The notes below the pieces were generated by a model that ran no database searches, was not told the origin of the DNA, and saw only the letters and a program-made list of their open reading frames with translations. DNA of 64,000 bases from Bacilli bacterium (GTDB taxonomy: Bacteria; Bacillota_I; Bacilli_A; RF39; UBA660): the NCBI GenBank assembly GCA_051886215.1, contig JBJEXX010000016.1, forward strand, positions 4,877-68,876, given 5' to 3'. A program made the position numbers and the translations under genes. Within the stretch, counting starts at the first letter, position 1. Every line of letters begins with the position of its first letter. This document shows positions 1-8,566 of this stretch, piece after piece.

Positions 1-515
1 ACAATGGTTTAGTTGAACAACTTGATGGTCCTAAAACTTGTGGGGTAGGATTCGCAACAGGAATTGGTAGACTTGCTATGGCACTTGATTTAGAAGAAGT
101 TGAATTACCAATAAAAGATGAAATTGATGCATTTGTTATGTATGTTAATGAAGAAGAAAAAACATTTGCGACACGTTTAGTACAAGATCTTAGAATGAAT
201 GGATTTAAAGTTGAAACCGAATATACAAATAGAAGTTTAAAAGCTCAATTCAAACAAGCAGATAGATTAAAAAGTAAATTTTATATTATTTTAAATAGTG
301 AAGATTTAAATAATGGTCAATTAAAAATAAAAAACACTTCAACTAAGGAAGAAGAATTAGTTGATATTGATTATATTATTTATTATTTAGAAGAAGCATT
401 AAAATATGCTGATGATTATATGACATATGATGGTATTAAATTTAGTGAAGACGAATGTGATTGTGGTGATGATTGCGAATGTGATGGTAATTGTCACTGC
501 CATGATGAAGATTAA
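1..515 (+). CDS. hisS: Histidyl-tRNA synthetase, C-terminal portion; the 5' end lies upstream of the window. It ends in an unusual Cys/His-rich acidic tail.
   Basis: Frame 3 reads ...NGLVEQLDGPKTCGVGFATGIGRLAMALD, the class II motif-3 region of HisRS, followed by an anticodon-binding-like domain. Last ~25 residues: ECDCGDDCECDGNCHCHDED. Confidence 0.8.
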   Translation, partial: NGLVEQLDGPKTCGVGFATGIGRLAMALDLEEVELPIKDEIDAFVMYVNEEEKTFATRLVQDLRMNGFKVETEYTNRSLKAQFKQADRLKSKFYIILNSEDLNNGQLKIKNTSTKEEELVDIDYIIYYLEEALKYADDYMTYDGIKFSEDECDCGDDCECDGNCHCHDED

Positions 516-530
516 TTAAGGAGTGATATA

Positions 531-1838
531 ATGTTTAATTTAGAGTTATTAAAAAATAAATTTAATGAAGAGATTTGTCTTCAAGGTTTTGTTGATAAAA
601 TTAGAGATTTACAATATGTACAATTTTTAATAATTAGAAATGGTTTCGATAAAATTCAAGTTACTATAGAGAAAAATGATGAAAATAAAGAATTGAATGA
701 CATAGTGTCATCTCTTACTTTAGAAAGTACTATTAAAGTAGTTGGAAAATTATTAGAAAGTCCATCTGTTAAATTAAATGGAATGGAAGTTATTCCGAGT
801 TCTATAGAAGTTACTTCTAAATCTTTAGAAGAATTACCTGTAAATATTACTAAAAAAGACGCAACAAATAGAGATACAAGATTAGATTATAGGTTTTTAG
901 ATTTAAGAAGAAGCGAAAATTTATTGTTATTTAAATGTCAAACATTAATTGAAAAGTCTATGAGAGATTATTTTATCAATAAAGGATATATAGAAATACA
1001 TTCTCCTAAAATAAGTGAAAGTAATGCAGAAAGTGGTGCTGAACAATTTAAATTAGATTATTTTGGTAAGAAAGCTGCACTTGTTCAATCACCTCAATTT
1101 TATAAACAAATGGCAATAGCTAGTGGTTTTGGAAGTGTTTTTGAAGTAGGACCTGTATATCGTGCTGAAAATTCTAATACTGCTACTCATACTACAGAAT
1201 TTCATGGTTTTGATGTAGAAATAGGATTTATTAATAGTGTAGATGATGTTATGGATGAAGAGGAAAATTGGATTAAATATTTTCTAAAACAACTAAAGGA
1301 TAACTATGAAGATGAAATAAAAAAAGTATTTAAAGTTGATATTCCTAATTTAGAAGTAAGTTTTCCTAGACTTAATTTTGATAAAGTAAAATGTATAATG
1401 AGAGAAGTTTATCATTATGATGCAGAAAAGAAAGATGATTTAGATTCTCGTGAAGAAAAATTAATCTGCAAATATGTAAAAGAAAAATATAATTCAGATT
1501 TTGTATTTATAACTAATTATCCTTATAGTGCTAGAAGTTTTTATGTTATGAAAGATAAAGATGGAATAACTCAGACATACGATTTATTATTTAGAGGAGT
1601 TGAAATTACAAGTGGTGCTCAAAGAGAACATCGTGCGGATATTTTAGAAAATCAAATAAAAGAAAAAGGAATAAATCCACAAGATTTAAAATTCTATATT
1701 GATTTCTTTAAATATGGTTGTCCTCCACATGGTGGATTTGGAGTTGGAATAGAAAGAGTTATGATGTGTATATTTAATATCGATAATATACGTGAAGTAT
1801 CTTATATATTTAGAGGACCAACTAGATTAAATCCCTAG
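531..1838 (+). CDS. aspS: Aspartyl-tRNA synthetase, archaeal/eukaryotic type (class IIb, AspRS type 2)
   Basis: 435 aa. TRLDYRFLDLRR, IEIHSPKI, SPQFYKQMAIASGF and GVEITSGAQREHRADILENQIKEKGINP...PPHGGFGVGIERV...NIREV match archaeal-type AspRS rather than AsnRS. RBS AAGGAG sits upstream. The hisS-aspS order is the usual one. Confidence 0.8.
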   Translation: MFNLELLKNKFNEEICLQGFVDKIRDLQYVQFLIIRNGFDKIQVTIEKNDENKELNDIVSSLTLESTIKVVGKLLESPSVKLNGMEVIPSSIEVTSKSLEELPVNITKKDATNRDTRLDYRFLDLRRSENLLLFKCQTLIEKSMRDYFINKGYIEIHSPKISESNAESGAEQFKLDYFGKKAALVQSPQFYKQMAIASGFGSVFEVGPVYRAENSNTATHTTEFHGFDVEIGFINSVDDVMDEEENWIKYFLKQLKDNYEDEIKKVFKVDIPNLEVSFPRLNFDKVKCIMREVYHYDAEKKDDLDSREEKLICKYVKEKYNSDFVFITNYPYSARSFYVMKDKDGITQTYDLLFRGVEITSGAQREHRADILENQIKEKGINPQDLKFYIDFFKYGCPPHGGFGVGIERVMMCIFNIDNIREVSYIFRGPTRLNP

Positions 1839-1860
1839 TATATTTTTATATAAAAATAAA

Positions 1861-1888
1861 AGCGATTAATATTAATTGCTTTTTTTTA
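1861..1888 (+). terminator. Rho-independent terminator after aspS
   Basis: agcgatt/aattgct stem (one G.U pair), 6-nt loop, then T8. Confidence 0.6.
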
Positions 1889-1923
1889 TGATATGTAGTA
1901 CTATGTATATAATAGGAGGGTAT

Positions 1924-3054
1924 ATGGAATCAAAAATATTAAAATCATTATTATTTATAAGTTTATTATTTGTGTTTTTTTCATGTAATAAAGTATATGC
2001 TGCAAGCAATAAATGTGAAGGTCAAAGAACTCTAAATGATGTTAGATCAAGTAATGTTGCATATGTAAGTAGAGATTCTATACTTAGAATCAGATATTCA
2101 ACATCATATAGTTCAGATTCATTAAAACATGATGGAATTAATGTTGCTTTACCAAAAGGTACAGCAGTTGAAATAACTGGGTATCCAAATGAGGATTATT
2201 ATAAAGTAACAGTTTTGTGTGATGGATATTTTTTCCTTAGGAATTACGAAGGTTATGTAATAAAATCAAGTGTTGAAAAAACTAATAAACCAATTCCACA
2301 TGATAGTGATCGTACTCTTAGTGTTGCAGATAAAACTGCAGTAATAAAAAATGCATATAACATGTATAAGGGAGGAAAAAAAGTAGCATTTGTATATCCA
2401 AGTAAAGGTTCAGATGGAAAATTAAAAAATAGAAGTGCAGGATATAATTTGGTATTAACAAATAAAAAACCAAACAACATTTCTATTAAAAATGGAAAAA
2501 AACAATATCCAATAGATTGTTCTGGATTTGTTTCAACAGTACTTGAAACGACATTCTATATTAATATGCAAACTAGCAAAAAAAGAGTTTACAGCACATG
2601 GGATTTTATCAAACAAAGTAGTGAAACATCTGAATATATACCAAGTAGTAATTCAAGCAAGGACACAAGCAAAAAGTTTTATATTGTTGATAAAGTAAAA
2701 AAAGGTGGAGATAGGAAGACTTTAGATGTTTCTAAAATACAAATAGGAGACATGATTGTTGGAGAAAAACCTGAAATTAGTAATCCAAATCATATTATGC
2801 TATACATTGGTGATGGATTAATAATGCATTCAACCGCATCAGTTAAACCAACAGGTATACATATTAACTATCTTAAAAGAGTAAAAAATGGTGTAGATAA
2901 TTATTATATACAATTAGGATCAAATAGAAGATTTACAAAAGATATAAGTATTATAAGAATAAAAAAAGATTTACCTAAAGGAAGAAGAAGAATCTATATC
3001 AATGACAATGGAACAGATTATACACGTAAAAAACTAAAGAAGGTGAATGCATGA
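1924..3054 (+). CDS. Secreted NlpC/P60-family cell-wall hydrolase with N-terminal SH3-like region
   Basis: Signal peptide MESKILKSLLFISLLFVFFSCNKVYA. Catalytic Cys in PIDCSGFVS and His in HIMLYIGDGLIMHS. RBS AGGAGGG lies 4 nt before the ATG at 1924. The TTG at 1876 from the ORF track lies inside the aspS terminator and is unlikely. Confidence 0.65.
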   Translation: MESKILKSLLFISLLFVFFSCNKVYAASNKCEGQRTLNDVRSSNVAYVSRDSILRIRYSTSYSSDSLKHDGINVALPKGTAVEITGYPNEDYYKVTVLCDGYFFLRNYEGYVIKSSVEKTNKPIPHDSDRTLSVADKTAVIKNAYNMYKGGKKVAFVYPSKGSDGKLKNRSAGYNLVLTNKKPNNISIKNGKKQYPIDCSGFVSTVLETTFYINMQTSKKRVYSTWDFIKQSSETSEYIPSSNSSKDTSKKFYIVDKVKKGGDRKTLDVSKIQIGDMIVGEKPEISNPNHIMLYIGDGLIMHSTASVKPTGIHINYLKRVKNGVDNYYIQLGSNRRFTKDISIIRIKKDLPKGRRRIYINDNGTDYTRKKLKKVNA

Positions 3055-4607
3055 AAAAAATAAAAGAAAAAAAGAATATTATAATTATTTCTAGCATAGC
3101 TTTACTTTTAATTGTTATTAGTGTAATTGCTTATAATGAAATAAAATCATATAACGAAAATAAAACATTTAATGCTTTAGTGGAAGCTAATGAAGTAGCT
3201 ACAAAATATTATGCTATAAACCAGGAAGTTTCAACATATACTTTTGGAGAAGATGAAACAACATTAATAGATAGTGAAGATACTATTCCATTAGGAACTA
3301 TTGTAACTGTAAAGGATACTATGGTGGTTAATGATAAAGAGTATTATTATGTTTCATGGAAAGAATTAGAAGAAGTAAAAGAAGCTTTTGCAGAAGCAGA
3401 AACATTAAATAAAAATATGTTATTTGAAGAAACAGTAGAATCTTTAGGTTATATACCTAATGAAAATCTTAATGAAGTAGGAATTATAATAAAAGATACT
3501 AATATTTTTCTAAAAAAAGAGGAAATATTTGAACCGACAGATAAATTATTAAACACCGGAGAAGAAACAATTATACTATTTGTTGAAGATGAATATAGTT
3601 ATGTCTTAACAAAAAAAGTTACAGAAGATAATATTGTTACGGAAGAATCAAAAGAAGAAATAATAATAGAAGAAGAACCAACACAGGAAGAAGCAATTAC
3701 TGAAGAAGAAAAAAATAAAGTAGACGAAGAAATTCCAATTGAAGAAACAGTTGGGCCTGATGATATAATATTTGACGATAGTTATTTTACAGAAACGGAA
3801 CCAGCAATAGATGATTATGAAGCAGAATTTGATGAATCTGATAATAATGAGCAAAAAGAATTAATTAAAATTAAAAATATGCAATTTGAACAAAAAACAA
3901 TAAAAACAACTCCAAATTCAAAAATAAATTTAAATCTAATAGTTAATCCAAAAGATCATGATGAAAATATAAAATATAGTTCATCAGATACAAATATTGC
4001 AAATGTTGATGAATCTGGGACAGTTACTGTTAATAATAAAATAGGTACAGTGACCATAACAGCAAAATCAGAAAAACTAACTGCAATATGTAAAATTAAA
4101 GTTAATCCTATAAAGGTTACATCAATTAGTATAAGAGATTTATCAAAAAGAAATTTTGGTATAGGAGAAGAATTACAAATAACAACAAAAGTATTACCAT
4201 TAAATGCAACAAATAAAAATGTTAGATATGTGTCTTCAAATCCAAGTGTTGCAACTGTAACACCTACAGGATTATTAATACCAAAAAAAGTAGGGGAAAC
4301 AAAAATTACTGCAATATCAACTGATACAAATAAAAAATCAACAACAAAAGTAACTGTAAAAAAGCCCACAACAAAAATTGAAATTACAAATTGTCCTAAA
4401 ACTATAAAAGTAGGAAAAACATATGATTTAAATTCAACTGCTAACAAAGAAGGATCATTTATAAGAACTTATAGTTCTAGTAATTCTGCAGTTGCAATTG
4501 TTGATAATGCCGGAATAGTAAATGCTAAAAAAGCAGGGACTGTTCAAATAACAGTAAAAACTTATAATAAATTAAAAGATACATGTACTATAAAAATAGT
4601 AAAATAA
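3051..4607 (+). CDS. Membrane-anchored surface protein with an acidic E-rich linker and about three Big_2-type Ig-like domains
   Basis: N-terminal TM segment, EEE-rich low-complexity middle, and repeated ...TVTVNNKIGTVTITAKS.../...SNPSVATVTPTGLL... motifs typical of bacterial Ig-like domain 2. ATGA overlap with the upstream gene. Confidence 0.5.
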   Translation: MKKIKEKKNIIIISSIALLLIVISVIAYNEIKSYNENKTFNALVEANEVATKYYAINQEVSTYTFGEDETTLIDSEDTIPLGTIVTVKDTMVVNDKEYYYVSWKELEEVKEAFAEAETLNKNMLFEETVESLGYIPNENLNEVGIIIKDTNIFLKKEEIFEPTDKLLNTGEETIILFVEDEYSYVLTKKVTEDNIVTEESKEEIIIEEEPTQEEAITEEEKNKVDEEIPIEETVGPDDIIFDDSYFTETEPAIDDYEAEFDESDNNEQKELIKIKNMQFEQKTIKTTPNSKINLNLIVNPKDHDENIKYSSSDTNIANVDESGTVTVNNKIGTVTITAKSEKLTAICKIKVNPIKVTSISIRDLSKRNFGIGEELQITTKVLPLNATNKNVRYVSSNPSVATVTPTGLLIPKKVGETKITAISTDTNKKSTTKVTVKKPTTKIEITNCPKTIKVGKTYDLNSTANKEGSFIRTYSSSNSAVAIVDNAGIVNAKKAGTVQITVKTYNKLKDTCTIKIVK

Positions 4608-4688
4608 GTATAATTAGAAAAATAACAATATTCACTTGATTTAATTGATTTAAAATTATATACTTAATATAGAATAGGAGTAGATAAT

Positions 4689-5108
4689 ATGAATAAGAGT
4701 GATAGAAAAAAATATACAATTAGAGGTTTAAGTGTAATAGTTATAACTTTAGTAATTATGTTAGGTATTGGTTTAGTTAGTAATATTGTATCAAATAGTT
4801 TTATTAATGATGAAGGTAATACATTTAATGCTCAGTTAGGAGATAACATTTTAATTGAAAAAATTACTGCAAGTGAAATTCATTATATAGATTCTAGTTT
4901 AATTAATATACCACTTTCAGTTCCTTATGAAGTAACTCCTAGTAATGCTACTAATCAAGATGTTTATATTATAAGTAGTGATAATTCTATAGTTGTAGTT
5001 AATGATGATAATACTATAACAGCTTTAAAAACAGGAACAGTTACTTTAACTTTAGTAGCTAATGATGGAAGTAATGTTACTACTAGTCTACAATTAGTAA
5101 TTGAATAA
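4689..5108 (+). CDS. Small membrane-anchored Big_2-domain protein
   Basis: TM anchor plus one Big_2-like segment (TPSNATNQDVYIISSDNSIVVVNDDNTITALKTGTVTLT). RBS GGAG upstream. Confidence 0.4.
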   Translation: MNKSDRKKYTIRGLSVIVITLVIMLGIGLVSNIVSNSFINDEGNTFNAQLGDNILIEKITASEIHYIDSSLINIPLSVPYEVTPSNATNQDVYIISSDNSIVVVNDDNTITALKTGTVTLTLVANDGSNVTTSLQLVIE

Positions 5109-5112
5109 AATT

Positions 5113-5135
5113 AACAAGCATTAGCTTGTTTTTTT
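5113..5135 (+). terminator. Rho-independent terminator
   Basis: aacaagc-atta-gcttgtt hairpin followed by T5. Confidence 0.55.
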
Positions 5136-5182
5136 GTGGCTTTAATGATACAATTTTATTATTAAAATAGGAGGAATCTGCT

Positions 5183-6238
5183 ATGGAAAAAAAAGAAAAT
5201 AGTAAAATGTACAAAAATATTAAAAAACTATTATTTTTTGCGCTTGTTTTGACTATAGTAGCTTTTATTTTACAGTTAAAATCTAATAATGATAATAAAT
5301 ATTATTTTAGTTATAAAGCTTCTATTCCAGAAGTAAATATTGAAAAGGAAAAAGTTGGTGCATATAGAACTAGTGTTGATTACGATACTGTTTATAAGAA
5401 TCAAAATATATCTAATAAAAATGATGCAGTTGCACTAATAAAAAAAGATTCTAATATTCAAAAGCAAAAATGTAGTAATAAGGATATTTCCAGTATTGAA
5501 AATGAAATAGAAAAAAAATATGATATAGAGGCTGCTAATTTATGTGAATTAGATTTAGAAACTGCTAATAGTATAAAAAATGTGCTTGATAAAATTTATA
5601 ATGAATTTCCTAAAACTAAAGGATTTATTACAAATATATCTTTAGTTAATGCCGAAGATACTACTGGGTATATAGTTGCATTTATGCCGAGTTTTGCCTT
5701 TGCTTCTAGTAATACAATAACTACTTATCCTACGGTTAAAAAGACTCAAGTCTTATTAAATGCATCTTATTTTTTAAATTTAAGTAAATTAAAAACTTCT
5801 ATTTCTAGCGCTGCTTCTAGTGGTTGGTTTGTTCCTAATGCCAATGTTGAATCTTTAATTGCGCATGAATTTGGTCATTATTTATCTTTTTTAATAAATA
5901 TGGATGAATTTAATATGGATAGTATTTTATTGATTGAACAAAATAAATCTTCTACTTATAACAAAATGCTTAGTGCTTATAATAGTGGTGATACTGCACA
6001 AAAAATTATAAAAGAGGCCTATGATAATTATAAAAAAGATACGGGGATGGGTATTAGTTTAATTGATTTTAGAAGTAGTATATCAGAGTATGCAGTAGCA
6101 ACTGATAATAAAGGTAATTATATATATGATGAAACTATTGCGGAAGCGATTGATGACTACTATGCTAATGGTGAAGCTTCTGCGGATGCTAGTAAGTATA
6201 TTGTTAATGTTTTAAAAAATAAACTAGGAGATGAATAA
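5183..6238 (+). CDS. Membrane-anchored putative zinc metalloprotease with HExxH; possibly anthrax-lethal-factor-like (M34/ATLF)
   Basis: N-terminal TM segment. IAHEFGHYLSF is the only HExxH, and the surrounding sequence resembles ATLF-like/PPEP-type metalloproteases (HEFGH). RBS GGAGG upstream. Confidence 0.4.
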   Translation: MEKKENSKMYKNIKKLLFFALVLTIVAFILQLKSNNDNKYYFSYKASIPEVNIEKEKVGAYRTSVDYDTVYKNQNISNKNDAVALIKKDSNIQKQKCSNKDISSIENEIEKKYDIEAANLCELDLETANSIKNVLDKIYNEFPKTKGFITNISLVNAEDTTGYIVAFMPSFAFASSNTITTYPTVKKTQVLLNASYFLNLSKLKTSISSAASSGWFVPNANVESLIAHEFGHYLSFLINMDEFNMDSILLIEQNKSSTYNKMLSAYNSGDTAQKIIKEAYDNYKKDTGMGISLIDFRSSISEYAVATDNKGNYIYDETIAEAIDDYYANGEASADASKYIVNVLKNKLGDE

Positions 6239-6240
6239 TA

Positions 6241-8019
6241 GTGAAAAGAGCTACGGGTGAATTGAATTTAACAGTTGTGGTCTTGGTGGCTATTGGTGCC
6301 ATTTTGGGCTTTTTTATGCTGTTTAAAGATACTATGTTTAGTAGTGCTATGGCTCCTACTTGTTGTATTTTAAGTAAAGGTACATATAAGAATGGTATTT
6401 GTGAAACTAATGAATCATCTAAATATCAAGAATGTATGGGTGGAGGAACTATTGAATCTAGTAATAAACAAGAATCTGAAAACAAATTTATAAAAGGGAG
6501 TGATTCAATAGATAATTCTAATATTATTAATAATATTAAAGATAGTGGAGTAGAAAATAGTATTAATGGTGATCTGTCTATTTCAAATAGTGACGATAAT
6601 AGAAAAGCAGATGAAGATAATAAAGAATTAAATAAAAAATCTACAGATAATATAAAAGATATTATGTCAAATACTACAGGAAATGCTAAAGGTGAAAATA
6701 GTGGCCAAATTACTGGTGAAAATGAAGAAGAAATAAAGAATAAAGCTTCTAATGGATTGAATACAAAAGGAGATTATAGTAAAAGTAGAATTACTAATAC
6801 TACTTCTAATTATAGTTCTGATAAAAGTTCTTATACTACTACATCTACTGTAAAAAGTAATACTTCAAATTATCAAATGAATATTACTTATACATATCAA
6901 AAGAATAAATCAGGATCTTATGAATTAACAGGAATTTCGTGGAAAGAGTCCAGACCTTCAGAAATTTTAGTTAATGGTTATGAAAAAGAATTGACTGAAA
7001 ATGGTGATACTATTAAACATAGTTATAATGGTGTTTTAAAAGGACAATATAATACAGAAAAATTAAATAGTTATATTGATGAGAATGGTACTAAAATTTA
7101 TAATGAATTAAGTAATAGAGTAGTATTCTTAGATACTTATAGTGGTGATAGGATTGTTGAAAATGCTAATGGGGTGTTTATAAATCCAGGTGTTATTGTT
7201 ACTACTTGGAATTTTTTGAAAAAATCAGTTATTAATGGTGATAAATTAATTGTTACTAATAGTGAGGGTGGTAATTATAGTGTAGATGGTATTATATCCA
7301 TTAATACTGAACTTGATTTAGCATTTATTAAATTAAAAGAAAAAATAGGTGATAAGACAGAATTTGGAAATGTGTATGATTTAAAAGTAGAAGCAATTGA
7401 TTTCACTATATGTACAGATAATGATTATAAATTAGAAGTTAAATATGGTTATTTATTAAAAAGAGGTGGTTTAATAACTAGTTTAATTACTTTAGAAAGA
7501 AATGAAGAAGGTAGTCCATTATTTGATTATAATAAAAAACTTATCGGTATAAATACAGCTAACGTGTTAAAATCTTCTACTTCTATTGCTAGAAGTACTA
7601 ATTATATAAAAAATCTACAATCAAAATTAGAAAAACAGGATTTTACTAGTATTAAAGTAACCAGTTTTAAAGATTTAAAAAACAAGTATATAAATGAAAA
7701 TAATGAAACAGAAGATAATACAATACCAAAAGATATCTGGAATAAATATAAAAGAATTGGTGATGTTGAAAACACTATAACTTTAAATTTAATAAAATCT
7801 AGTTATGATGATAATATAGTATCTTTAAGATATGTTAATGATATAAGTGATTATTCTGATAATTTTGCTTTAGCGGATAATTTTATAAATAAACTTATAA
7901 AACAAGAATATAAAAAGAAACACTCTAGTACTTATAAAATTATTTATCAAAAAGGAAATAGTAAAGTTATATTACTTAGTGAATTTAATTATTTAATAAT
8001 TATTATGACAGGAGTTTAA
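6241..8019 (+). CDS. Large membrane-anchored/secreted protein with S/T/N-rich linker and a degenerate trypsin-like (S1-fold) region
   Basis: GTG start 2 nt after the upstream stop. N-terminal hydrophobic segment (coded by locally GC-rich codons). Region ...DLAFIKLKE...EEGSPLFDYNKKLIGINTA resembles Trypsin_2 domains, but the His/Ser catalytic positions are not conserved. Confidence 0.35.
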   Translation: MKRATGELNLTVVVLVAIGAILGFFMLFKDTMFSSAMAPTCCILSKGTYKNGICETNESSKYQECMGGGTIESSNKQESENKFIKGSDSIDNSNIINNIKDSGVENSINGDLSISNSDDNRKADEDNKELNKKSTDNIKDIMSNTTGNAKGENSGQITGENEEEIKNKASNGLNTKGDYSKSRITNTTSNYSSDKSSYTTTSTVKSNTSNYQMNITYTYQKNKSGSYELTGISWKESRPSEILVNGYEKELTENGDTIKHSYNGVLKGQYNTEKLNSYIDENGTKIYNELSNRVVFLDTYSGDRIVENANGVFINPGVIVTTWNFLKKSVINGDKLIVTNSEGGNYSVDGIISINTELDLAFIKLKEKIGDKTEFGNVYDLKVEAIDFTICTDNDYKLEVKYGYLLKRGGLITSLITLERNEEGSPLFDYNKKLIGINTANVLKSSTSIARSTNYIKNLQSKLEKQDFTSIKVTSFKDLKNKYINENNETEDNTIPKDIWNKYKRIGDVENTITLNLIKSSYDDNIVSLRYVNDISDYSDNFALADNFINKLIKQEYKKKHSSTYKIIYQKGNSKVILLSEFNYLIIIMTGV

Positions 8020-8020
8020 A

Positions 8021-8533
8021 ATGAATAAAAAAGAAAAAATAATTTTAACAATTATATTTATAGTAGTTATATTTATAATGGGTTTTTCTATAAAATTTAT
8101 AGTAAATTCTAATTCTTTAAAAAAATATAGTTCTGATAAAATAACCTTTAATTATGATAATTCTTGGACAGTAACTAGAAACGAAAATAATTTTTATTTG
8201 GTTGATAAGAATGGAAGTAGCATTATAATTAATATTACATCTATTGATACTGATAGCGAAAGTATGAGTGTAGAAGAAGTAAATAGTAGTATAATTTATA
8301 AGTTACTGCAAGATAATGATAAATATAAAAAAATTGCCGAAGAAAGTTGTAAAATGACTAGTGTTTATTATGATGGATATAAAACTTTACTTGAGAATGA
8401 TGCTAATCAATCTCTTATATATGTCACTATGACTAGTGATTATATTTTAACTGTTAATTATTCTGCTTTAAATAAATATTTTGATTTAGGTATTGATAGT
8501 GTAGAGAATATTGTTGGTTCTATTGCAATTTAA
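8021..8533 (+). CDS. Hypothetical membrane-anchored protein
   Basis: 170 aa with an N-terminal TM segment. Starts 1 nt after the upstream stop, so likely co-transcribed. Confidence 0.3.
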   Translation: MNKKEKIILTIIFIVVIFIMGFSIKFIVNSNSLKKYSSDKITFNYDNSWTVTRNENNFYLVDKNGSSIIINITSIDTDSESMSVEEVNSSIIYKLLQDNDKYKKIAEESCKMTSVYYDGYKTLLENDANQSLIYVTMTSDYILTVNYSALNKYFDLGIDSVENIVGSIAI

Positions 8534-8566
8534 TGGAGATTTAGAGTATAATAAAAGAATGAAAAA

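Noticed and set aside
1876-1923. TTG start at 1876 for the NlpC/P60 gene
   Set aside because: It falls inside the aspS terminator hairpin and T-run. The ATG at 1924 has a perfect AGGAGGG RBS and begins a typical signal peptide.
2253-2480. Minus-strand ORFs from the six-frame track (2253..2480, 3648..3854, 3956..4447, 9332..9520, 16849..17148, 17593..17940, 22497..22733, 25488..25754, 26279..26467, 39498..39749, 43905..44156, 52521..52736, 56921..57184, 57960..58316) and the + strand ORFs 20335..20550 and 30223..30438
   Set aside because: All are antisense to well-supported genes. They are F/I/L/S-rich, as expected for shadow ORFs in AT-rich DNA, and lack RBS and domain motifs.
6241-6330. Possible prepilin / class III signal peptide (KRATGELNLTVVVLVAIGAILGF) at the N-terminus of the 592-aa protein
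   Set aside because: It lacks the G-F-T-L-x-E prepilin peptidase motif and the conserved Glu+5. It is more likely an ordinary signal anchor; the local GC-richness reflects Val/Ala/Gly codons.
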